Origin: Amoeboradix gromovi X-113 | Taxonomy: Eukaryota > Fungi > Sanchytriomycota | Length of the DNA: 8,864 nucleotides | Reading direction: 5' to 3' | Assembly (NCBI GenBank): GCA_018985225.1 | Contig: JADGIF010000422.1 | Coordinates: 1-8,864 of the forward strand | The notes under the pieces: model-generated | The model's database searches: none | Seen by the model: the letters and a program-made list of their open reading frames with translations, nothing else | Told to the model about the DNA's origin: nothing | Program-made: the position numbers and the translations under genes | Shown here: one piece after another, positions 1-7,842 of the stretch | Layout: each line of letters opens with the position of its first letter | Numbering within the stretch: the first letter of the stretch is position 1

Positions 1-300
1 GTCTTTGAGCATCTAAGCAAAAGGTGCATTTTCTTAGACGGTACTCTTTTCTAGAGTCATTATGTAATGTTATACTACCATCATTACTCTTATCTATTCT
101 AGCTTTTACAGAGTAATAGTGATATTTTATTTGAAAGAGTAAGAGAATAACTCTACAGAATATTTATTCTCCTTTTATAATCGTCAACTCCGCAACTAGC
201 TGAATGTCCACTCGCCTCTTAAATCCATAAAATTAATAAAGCTGAAATAATGTTCAAGTTGTTACAGAAAGTTAGTCCAGTTTTTATATTTGATGTCCCA
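1..300. mobile_element. Partial copy (right part, cut by window edge) of a non-autonomous TIR element/MITE
   Basis: 1-300 aligns in direct orientation to 7401-7669 (first 49 nt identical, a few indels). It ends in the same terminal inverted repeat (269-300, ...tttgatgtccca), and similarity stops at that end. Confidence 0.85.
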
Positions 301-323
301 ATTGCATAACTTTTGACCCAATT

Positions 324-550
324 GCAAATTCCCGTAGTAGAGAGAAATCTACAAAACATACAATTGCAATACCAGTTAACGGTAGATCGGAAAGGGTCAT
401 TGCGCAGAAGACACCTCTTTAGATTACTTCTGGGTTCACAACGGCAGCAGAGGAACGATGGCTAAAAGTCTTCGCTCAAAGCGCAGGTGATAACCAGGGT
501 ATTTTTACCTGATTAACGCTACCTTTTCAGATGTTAGGTTAAGAATTTAC
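324..550 (-). ncRNA. Candidate structured RNA of unknown class
   Basis: By-eye fold on the minus strand: 10-bp closing helix 541-550/324-333, three-way junction (525-530/462-467, 485-524, 473-483), long hairpin 398-443, hairpins 370-384 and 337-352. Several pairs are G-U on the minus strand but would be A-C on the plus strand. Confidence 0.45.
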
Positions 551-597
551 CGTAGTTTACTGTAAATTTTATCCCATTATATCAGCTCAAATAAATT

Positions 598-2315
598 TTA
601 TTTGTGTAATACTTCTTCTGACTCTAATACTTGCAGTTTAGTACTGATAATATTATCCTTTTCAGGACTCTCCATCATGACTACATCTATAGGTGCTTGC
701 AACTTTTCTGCGTTAATGCTCAAAGCACTTTTTGTATTTTTCTTTGGTATCGGTAAACTGGCTACGTTCCGATGGTTTACTTTCTGGAATGCTTGTACTA
801 AGCTCAGTTTAGGTTCATTTCCCTCTTTTAGTTTGCTTTCCAATATTGGCAGCGGAGGAAACTCCATGACATCTGCTGGCACATCTTTGTTCTTTGTCAG
901 AGTTCTCATAAAGTTGTAGAATCTATTTCCATATAGTGATGGTTTTACGCTACTTATGCCATACCGATCTTGAAATATTCGTTTTATTACACTCTCACTT
1001 TGCTTTTTCATATCAAAAGGTGTTAGAATATCTATTATACCTATGAAGTAGAGTTCTTGTGTTGCGTCATTCTCTTCATTTGTTGATTTGTATCCACCTT
1101 CGTTAGGTTAAAAATACCGTCATCCATGTAAAATACACAGTATTTGCGTTCATTAAAAATCATTTCAACGGGAAATATTGGACTCGCTAACAACTCATCA
1201 TCGGTAGCCGTGAATGCCCTTCTAACCATGGCCAATTTGGACTTACTTTGTCTTGTGGAGTTTGTAAATGGACTAGCAGGCCTACTAGTCGAAGCAGGGC
1301 TAGGACTACTAGGGAGACTTGTAACTACTGGAGTAGGCGATGGTGCTTGGAGAGTCTGAGGAGAGGGAGGGAAGGCAGTCATTACACCATCCAGTGTCTT
1401 TCTATGGGAGGAATCCATTGAAGGGGATTTGGACTGAAATCCCATAGTGGTCCTTCTGCTTTTAAAAGTATTAGGATCCGGTTCAAGCACCTTAAGCATA
1501 GATTCCCTTAAATGGTCTATGTTCCCGCGACGAATGTTGTGAACACCGATCAATAGTGAATAATCCATAATTTCTAACCTAACAAGCAGCTCAACGTCTA
1601 CTTCCAACTGTTTAAATAACCAAGCACGCTTTTTCGGACCTAATTCCAAATGCTTGGATTTTTCGCGCCAATTAAGATCTTTGAGGACAGTGTTAGAGGA
1701 CTGTTGCTGCTTTTCATTAACGTATCGACCATAAGTGCTACCTTTTAGATCATAAACTTCATGAACATCCTTATTTGGAGGAAATAAGTTTTGCATTACG
1801 ACAAAGTGTATTTTGCGTCCACCAGGCTCCTTAACTCTATGAAGACCAAAAAATCTAGACAAAAGTGTATGTGGATATTTTTGAACATGCTCTACATAAC
1901 TGGGAAGTATTTTAAGCAACAACTTGTGTTCTACATGGTGAATTGTCTTGATTATAAATCGGTAATCGTGGCTAAAATAAAAAAAGGAACCACTTTTGCC
2001 AGGACTACCGCGCTCAGACAAAACATATTTTCCTGTTAAAGAGTGTAAATAGTCATTAACATCAACCCTAAAATATTGACGCAGTTTGCGAAATACTAGA
2101 GGTGAGTAATCTTTAAACTTGAAATCGTACTTCTGAGTAGGAGTGAGCTCTTGGCCTGATATATCAAATGCCAGCTTGTGGGCCTGAATATAATCATTTG
2201 CATCTAATGGTTTATCTTGTTTATTTTCACATCTGCTTACACCAATACGGATGCCGGTTAGCATATTGTACATTAAAATGAATTTTTTATCAGGGACCTC
2301 GTCAACTTCAGGCAT
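598..2315 (-). CDS. MSS4: Phosphatidylinositol-4-phosphate 5-kinase, Mss4/Its3 family; exons 2315-1118 and 1097-598, 565 aa
   Basis: Motifs MYNMLTGIR, FKFKDYSP, GKSGSFFYFS, YDLKGS, LKDLN, IMDYSLL. Splicing out 1098-1117 joins the two ORF-track pieces in frame and restores FYMDDGGYKST...LYFIGIIDILTPF...YGNRFYNFM. Confidence 0.95.
1098..1117 (-). other. 20-nt spliceosomal intron in the PIP5K gene
   Basis: Minus-strand GTATTTTTAACCTAACGAAG: GT..AG ends, CTAAC branch-point motif 4 nt before the end. Removal restores the frame and the conserved DDGG and GIIDIL motifs. Confidence 0.88.
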
Positions 2316-2415
2316 GGCTTATTAAAAAAATATTAAATGAGTTTCACATTGGGGTTGCGAATAAGTAACGACTAGAAAGAATGAGCAAGAGCTCAAACCA
2401 TATGTCAGCTAGTTA

Positions 2416-2477
2416 AACTTGATTCCAGAACTGCAAAAAATATTTCTAGCGGTAATTAACATTCTGGAATCGAAGTT
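2416..2477. repeat. Imperfect inverted repeat upstream of PIP5K
   Basis: aacttgattccagaa (2416-2430) is the reverse complement of ttctggaatcgaagtt (2462-2477) apart from a 1-nt bulge; 31-nt spacer. Confidence 0.7.
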
Positions 2478-2533
2478 GATACAACACTAAGCATTGTTGG
2501 TATTGAAGAAAAAAATAGTAATAGGTGTGTTTA

Positions 2534-2731
2534 TTAAATTTTAAATAAGACCTTAAGAAATGAGGGTTTGGATTTTGCAGTTTTGTACTGGTAATACTCG
2601 GCGTTTTCTTCGTACGGAAACATTACCCACTGGTATCTAGGGAATAAAAGATCATTAGTGTCATCAAAAGAATCAAGGCTGCACAAGCTAATGCTATCAG
2701 AATCTTTACTGGTTTCAATGACTGAAGCCAT
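2534..2731 (-). CDS. Small hypothetical protein, 65 aa
   Basis: ATG-started ORF with acidic N-terminal half and basic/hydrophobic C-terminus; resembles the neighbouring small ORF; no family recognised. Confidence 0.45.
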   Translation of the reverse strand: MASVIETSKDSDSISLCSLDSFDDTNDLLFPRYQWVMFPYEENAEYYQYKTAKSKPSFLKVLFKI

Positions 2732-2835
2732 TCAGAATAGGGATTCTTATGGTTTTATAGTCGTCTAAATTCATCACGTGTAGTTTGAATGTGGGAGCCT
2801 AACAAAAGTTGCATTTAGTGCAAATGAAATTAAGT

Positions 2836-2991
2836 TTATTGAATCGCAATCAAAACTTTGAATATGACGAAGTCTCTGATTTTTTTTAATGAATTTCTTC
2901 GTCTAGTTGGGGGAAATGGATTATCGTTCGCAATTGGTATATATGGATATAATATGCTCTTTTGCGATTCCTCAAGTATTTTGCTAGCCAT
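2836..2991 (-). CDS. Small hypothetical protein, 51 aa (from ATG at 2991)
   Basis: MASKILEESQKS...FVIFKVLIAIQ; start and end resemble ORF 2534-2731; no family recognised. Confidence 0.4.
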   Translation of the reverse strand: MASKILEESQKSILYPYIPIANDNPFPPTRRRNSLKKIRDFVIFKVLIAIQ

Positions 2992-3725
2992 CACGTTGAT
3001 AATTGGAGATGTCAGGATAAGATGCACCTTTAACCTATATGACCTAAAATTAGATGCCTCTAAAGCCAATCAAAGACGATAAAAACGCCTATAATTTCAT
3101 TTAATAGGTTCCAGAATTTCCATCAGCAGTACCGTCTAAATTTATTAGTCTTTCTACCGTCAGAATTATCAGATGCTGATGAAAAATTATTGTCGTCTCT
3201 TAGTTACGTAATGTAATGATTAAGAGGAGCAAATTCAAACTCACTAAGCCATTAAGTGAAACAACTACGCTCAAAAAGGTACTCGAGATTACTTTAACTA
3301 GATGGATGAATGTGTGTTTTGGAATGTATTGGATTAACAACAATAGCTCTATAGTTTAACACGAGGGTATTCAAAACAAGGCTTGTAGAAAATGGCGACT
3401 TGAAAACTGTAGAACACTGCCAAAGATTGACATGATAAATATTCAATTACAGAAGGCGAAAAAGAACACTTCTTATTTCACTTCAGTGTATGAAGAGAAA
3501 TTTCAGGAACAAACCTTGAGAAAAGTCATATACCGGAAAAGTAGCTAAAGGATTATTTTAGCAGATACCTGCAAACGCATAACAGAAAACACCTTGTAAA
3601 GTGGCCCAGTATTGTATTCTTTCTGCTATTAAGTAAATTTAAAAAAATACGATTGTGCCGATAGAATATCTAGCTTTTTCACCAAAACAGCAATTCTATA
3701 GTATAGAATTTTATTATCGCCTAAA

Positions 3726-4051
3726 TCCTCGTTAAAAGTCCTGATTTCCGAGAAAATTGAGAATTTCCACAGAGAAACTAGCAGGGCTAGATGCTCCGTT
3801 ACAGTGATTGCTCACGCTTTCACTACCCTGAGGCGGGATTGAATAAGGATGCAGATACTTGATGTATATGCTCCTTGCTGCCATATGGTCTCTATCTATT
3901 TCCAAATGACACTTTGTTTGCATTTACCATTTGCGAATAGGAAGAATATCGAGTATTTAAGCTATTGAAAAAATCTGGAAAAGTCTTGAAATCATACAAA
4001 AATGCATACAAATTCGCGATAAATGATTTATTCAAGAAAATAATCGAGCTG
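3726..4051 (+). pseudogene. Decayed SWIM-zinc-finger / Mutator-like transposase fragment, copy A
   Basis: Reads FTTLRRD*IRMQILDVYAPCCHMVSI (SWIM-like spacing x-x-x-x9-C-x-H) and later EEYRVFK/IEKSGKVLK with stops and a frameshift. Homologous to the reverse complement of 6758-7217. Confidence 0.55.
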
Positions 4052-4160
4052 TGCAAAACAACCAGCTTGGTGGTATAGCTCGGAGTCAATTCATGTGACA
4101 GAATCGCAGGGAGTATCCCCCACTCGAATTTGGGGTCTTTTCACAAAGTCAGTCCCAAAC

Positions 4161-4538
4161 ATGACAGTGAGATTAAGATTAGCCAGAGTAGGCGGCAAAG
4201 GCAATCTTTACAGAATTGTAGCCAGTTACATCCGGTCTAGGCGTGACGGTAAACATATAGAGAAGCTTGGAACCTATGACCCTGTTCCAAAAGACGAAAT
4301 CAAATGCGTTAACTTAAAAGTAGATAGAGTGAAATACTGGATAGGCAATGGTGCACAACCCTCGAAAGCCGTTAGTAGACTACTCAGTCTTGCTGGTTTG
4401 CTTCCTGATTTTCCATTGCAAAGACTTATGACTAAGACGGAACACGATTCCCATCTAGAACTAAAAAAGCAAAGAAAAGAAAAAATTATATCTATTAAAA
4501 AAGCTAAGGAGGAAAGAAACCCTGAAAGTAAATCTTAA
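4161..4538 (+). CDS. MRPS16: Mitochondrial ribosomal protein S16 (bS16 family), 125 aa
   Basis: MTVRLRLAR...YRIVA...SRRDGKHIEKLGTYDP...RVKYWIGNGAQPS is the bS16 signature. First ATG is at 4161; basic C-terminal extension. Confidence 0.93.
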   Translation: MTVRLRLARVGGKGNLYRIVASYIRSRRDGKHIEKLGTYDPVPKDEIKCVNLKVDRVKYWIGNGAQPSKAVSRLLSLAGLLPDFPLQRLMTKTEHDSHLELKKQRKEKIISIKKAKEERNPESKS

Positions 4539-4551
4539 TTCTTTATTTCGC

Positions 4552-5094
4552 TCAAATTGCCGATAAAATCAGCGTCCCGAGTACTATTTGTAGCTTCATA
4601 AATAGAAATTGCCCATTCGATGTACTTTCTGCTTCTGCACATTTTTTAACGTCTGCCTTTTTCCATGGTGCATCCGAATCGCTTATATTGTTATTAGCAA
4701 TACCACTGACATCCAGCAAACGGGCCATGTATTTATGGCATGAATTGTCGCAACTGAAGGGTTTTAAAGTAGCACTATCTCCCAAATCAGAGTATATCTG
4801 GTCTATGCAATACCCGTCTTGCTGGTGACATTGAACTAAGAAATTGACGGTTCTCGGATTAGCCTTAATATCAGCATCTTTGCATGAAGATTCCAATTCA
4901 GTGACGTTACCTTTGCAGTTTGGACAGATGTCATTTTTGAAGTCATTGATGTTAGGCATATACGTGCTATTTACGCTCCTCAGGTTTTTGACATGCTCAT
5001 TTACGCATCCCAAATAGCCAGAGAGACCTTTGCTACAGTCGTTTGATAACCCTTTATAAACCAAGTCTGTCTCATTAGCTGGCGGATTTGACAT
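4552..5094 (-). CDS. Cysteine-rich, probably GPI-anchored surface protein; 5' end unresolved
   Basis: 180-aa ORF with 10 Cys and N-glycosylation sequons (NET, NST, NVT, NIS). The C-terminus has small residues (STSNG) followed by a hydrophobic tail, typical of a GPI signal. No signal peptide from this ATG. Confidence 0.7.
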   Translation of the reverse strand: MSNPPANETDLVYKGLSNDCSKGLSGYLGCVNEHVKNLRSVNSTYMPNINDFKNDICPNCKGNVTELESSCKDADIKANPRTVNFLVQCHQQDGYCIDQIYSDLGDSATLKPFSCDNSCHKYMARLLDVSGIANNNISDSDAPWKKADVKKCAEAESTSNGQFLFMKLQIVLGTLILSAI

Positions 5095-5240
5095 ATAAGC
5101 AATTGGATCCCCTGATTGCTTTTATATTATTAGTTAGTACGCGCCCAACTACTCCGAAACCATAAAATAAGAAAATCTATTTCTGATCGTTGTTTGATTG
5201 GTCTGACTTTAAAACAGTTTTCTATAAAGGCCCAGGATGC

Positions 5241-5248
5241 GACGCGTC
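5241..5248. promoter_or_regulatory. Palindromic GACGCGTC containing an MCB-like ACGCGT, in the divergent intergenic region
   Basis: Exact ACGCGT at 5242-5247 in AT-rich DNA between divergent genes, with TATAAA at 5223-5228. Motif match only. Confidence 0.25.
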
Positions 5249-5256
5249 ACAGGTAT

Positions 5257-5856
5257 ATGAGAGTTTGTTTTTACGGTGGGTGTAAGCTGGAATTTCAAAA
5301 TGAAATGGAGTTAGTTAGTCACGTTGAAACACACTTAGGAAAGTTGGAAGAGAGATCTTATTTCCCATACTGTTTGTGGAATGAAGGAACTAGATGCACG
5401 TTTACCTCAAAAAGTAGGGATATTTTATCCACACATTTACGCTGTCACGTCCAGGTCGACAAGCTCCAATGTAAGTATTGTTCGATGTTCATAGGAGAAA
5501 GGTTGTTAAAACACCATTTAAAAAGGTGTAAAACTAGGTGGGAAGTGCAAGCCAATCCTGAAAGACTGTCCAAAGTACCATTGCTTCCAAAGTTAAGAGT
5601 CGACGTCGATTTGAATAAAGCAACACCGGAATTTAAAATTCAAAAAAGCCCTGTTTCTGGGCATTTCGACCCCATGCAAACTAAAATAGCAAGATATCTA
5701 AGGCATAAGCCTTTACTGCCTCCAGCTGAAAGTTCTAAACTAAAACTGGGAGATTATTTGAATGAAATCAATCTCAGAAAATCAAAAGATTCTGCGGATT
5801 CTAATACGAATATAAACCTCTTTGTAAGCTCTTTAAAAGTAAGTAAATATGAATAA
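5257..5856 (+). CDS. Zinc-finger protein with two C2H2 fingers and one C2HC-type finger, PacC/Rim101/GLI-like; 199 aa
   Basis: CFYGGC...HVETH, CLWNEGTRC...RDILSTHLRCH, CKYC...HLKRC. First ATG is at 5257. Confidence 0.8.
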   Translation: MRVCFYGGCKLEFQNEMELVSHVETHLGKLEERSYFPYCLWNEGTRCTFTSKSRDILSTHLRCHVQVDKLQCKYCSMFIGERLLKHHLKRCKTRWEVQANPERLSKVPLLPKLRVDVDLNKATPEFKIQKSPVSGHFDPMQTKIARYLRHKPLLPPAESSKLKLGDYLNEINLRKSKDSADSNTNINLFVSSLKVSKYE

Positions 5857-5906
5857 CATTGAATCTTGATACACTTGATTGAAACTTAAATTGGAAAGGA
5901 TCATAC

Positions 5907-6662
5907 ATGGATTCCGTAATTTGGAATATTTTGCATAACGAGTTTTGCTCATTTAAAGTCAAATCTCTTACGCAACAATTTTGTCAAAACGAATATAATT
6001 TGACTGGCTTATGCAATCGCAACAGTTGTCCGTTGGCGAACTCTAGATATGCTACGGTGAGAGAGGTAAATGGAGTGGTCTACTTGTATATGAAAACTAT
6101 AGAAAGAATGCACTTGCCCTCACAGTTATGGCAGCGTATAAAACTTAGCGAGCAGTTGACTGTTGCCTGTAAACAGATTGATTCGCGACTTGAATTTTGG
6201 CCAGAATTCGTAAAACAGAAATGCAAACATAGACTTGTGCGAATCCGTCAATATCTAAGTAGGGTAAGAAAGATGCAAAAGAGAAAAGAAATGTATATTG
6301 TAGAATCTAAAAAGCTACGTAAACGTGAAAGCAATCGTGAGGATAAAGCCTTGGTTGCTGCTCAGTTAGAGAACACTATTGAACAAGAACTGATGGACAG
6401 ACTGCAGAGTGGAGTATATAATGACACAATTCTTAACTCCAACGAAAAGATATGGCAAAAAGTTTTGGAGCAGCAACAAGAAGTGGAAATAGAAAGTGAG
6501 ATAGATGAAAATTTAGAAGAATTTGAAATGATTGAAACTGACTTTGAAGCTAGTGACGACGACATGGAGGATGTTGATCCATTTGCTACTTCTAAGATAT
6601 CAAAGAAACCCCACCAAATTGAATTAGAATATGACCAGGAAAAGCAATCATTAACTCAGTAA
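5907..6662 (+). CDS. MAK16: MAK16, 60S ribosome biogenesis protein, 251 aa
   Basis: VIWNIL..FCSFKVK, FCQNEYNLTGLCNRNSCPLANSRYATVRE, YLYMKTIER, IEQELMDRLQSGVY and an acidic tail. Confidence 0.96.
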   Translation: MDSVIWNILHNEFCSFKVKSLTQQFCQNEYNLTGLCNRNSCPLANSRYATVREVNGVVYLYMKTIERMHLPSQLWQRIKLSEQLTVACKQIDSRLEFWPEFVKQKCKHRLVRIRQYLSRVRKMQKRKEMYIVESKKLRKRESNREDKALVAAQLENTIEQELMDRLQSGVYNDTILNSNEKIWQKVLEQQQEVEIESEIDENLEEFEMIETDFEASDDDMEDVDPFATSKISKKPHQIELEYDQEKQSLTQ

Positions 6663-6757
6663 AATAATTATTTGATTAAAACCACTTGGCAGTAATCCTT
6701 TTATACGTGCAGATACTAAGATGGCATTATTTTACAGTGAAATGCTATTGGAAGGAT

Positions 6758-7217
6758 CAGCCCGATTTTTTCTTAAATAAATCAATCATCGAGAATCTGT
6801 ATTTTTAAATAATTGCATGACCTTTCCAGATTTTTCCAATACTTCAAATACTCGATAATCTTCATCTCTGCAAATGGTAAGTGGATCTAAAGAAATAACT
6901 AATAGTTACAGTATACATTCATGAGCGTTAGGAACCTAAACATGGAACAATTTGATGTCTTTCAACCCGTCCTCAAAAGAGATCAGCGATAAAAATGAAC
7001 ATGAAAGCCATTTATTTAATAATTCATATGCTATTGGTCTCACCGCATGTCCAACAATAGAGAGTGTATGGCAGCAAGGAATGTATAAATCAAGCATATG
7101 CATCCTTGTTCAATCCCGCCTCAGGGTAGTGAAACCGCGAGCAGTAAATGTGATGGAGAAATCAATTTCTGTGTGGAAATTCTCAAATTTCTCGGAAATC
7201 AGGACTATTAACGAGGA
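6758..7217 (-). pseudogene. Decayed SWIM-zinc-finger / Mutator-like transposase fragment, copy B
   Basis: Minus strand reads FTTLRRD*TRMHMLDLYIPCCHTLSIV and TICRDEDYRVFEVLEKSGKVMQLFKN with intervening stops. Differences from copy A include synonymous and conservative changes in this frame. Confidence 0.55.
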
Positions 7218-7229
7218 GACGAGTGCACT

Positions 7230-7669
7230 TGGGACACCAAATATAAAAACTAGACTAACTTGTTTTTAAAGGAGGTGCTGCATACGGATGAAATGCTATC
7301 ATTAATAAAAGATCTTCTATTATACCAATTTTCTTTTAATTACTTCCAATCCCCTCTTCAAAATAAAACTAAAAGACCCTGCATCTCTTTCAAATATGAG
7401 GTCTTTGAGCATCTAAGCAAAAGGTGCATTTTCTTAGACGGTACTCTTTCTTCATTTCATTTAATGTTATACTAACATCATTACTCTTATCTATTCTAGT
7501 TTTTACATAGCAATAGTGATATTTTATTTGAAATAAAGATTGGATGAAAGAGTAAGAGAATAGCTGTACAGAATATTTATTTTCCTCTTAAATCCATAAA
7601 TTAATAAAGCTGAAATAATGTTCCAAGTTGTTACAGAAAGTTGGTCCAGTTTTTATATTTGATGTCCCA
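7230..7669. mobile_element. 440-bp non-autonomous TIR element (MITE)
   Basis: 32-bp terminal inverted repeats at 7230-7261 and 7638-7669 (29/32 matches, starting TGGGACA). AT-rich interior with no recognisable protein; second copy at 1-300. No clear target-site duplication (TSD). Confidence 0.85.
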
Positions 7670-7842
7670 TTTGTTTATTTTTAGAATATTGCTGAAGTAC
7701 GCAAGAGGGGCATTTGGTATTAGAGAAACCAAAGATTGTGTATTTGAAGATGAACAGCGCAGGCAATAAGCAGTGTCTTAATAGTCTAGAAGATTTTGGC
7801 CAAGCTAGCTAAGTGTCTAATGCGGTTTATTAGTTCATGACT

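Noticed and set aside
297-369. Repeated CAATTGCA motif (cccaattgca twice at a 20-nt period, again near 361)
   Set aside because: Too short and few for an array, and cannot be tested as a TSD because the element's other end is outside the window.
458-490. Plus-strand mini-ORF MAKSLRSKRR*, resembling the N-terminus of LLPH/DUF2423-type proteins
   Set aside because: Stops after 10 codons, and the splice options I tried gave at most about 18 aa or ran antisense into PIP5K. It lies antisense to the structured RNA candidate.
1200-1450. Ser/Pro/Thr-rich low-complexity segment in PIP5K
   Set aside because: Corresponds to the variable insert normal for PIP kinase domains.
602-2039. Plus-strand ORFs 602-919, 1144-1359 and 1791-2039
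   Set aside because: Antisense shadows of the PIP5K coding sequence.
3732-4089. Minus-strand ORFs 3732-3923 and 3892-4089
   Set aside because: Antisense to the decayed SWIM-like sequence. The equivalent frame of 3732-3923 has a stop in the second copy.
4095-4160. GTG-started N-terminal extension of S16
   Set aside because: Eukaryotic context; bS16 homology starts at the ATG at 4161.
6362-6565. Minus-strand 67-aa ORF
   Set aside because: Antisense shadow of the MAK16 acidic tail.
6952-7475. Plus-strand ORFs 6952-7269 and 7260-7475
   Set aside because: The first is antisense to SWIM remnant B and its frame is interrupted in copy A. The second lies inside the MITE and has no recognisable domain.
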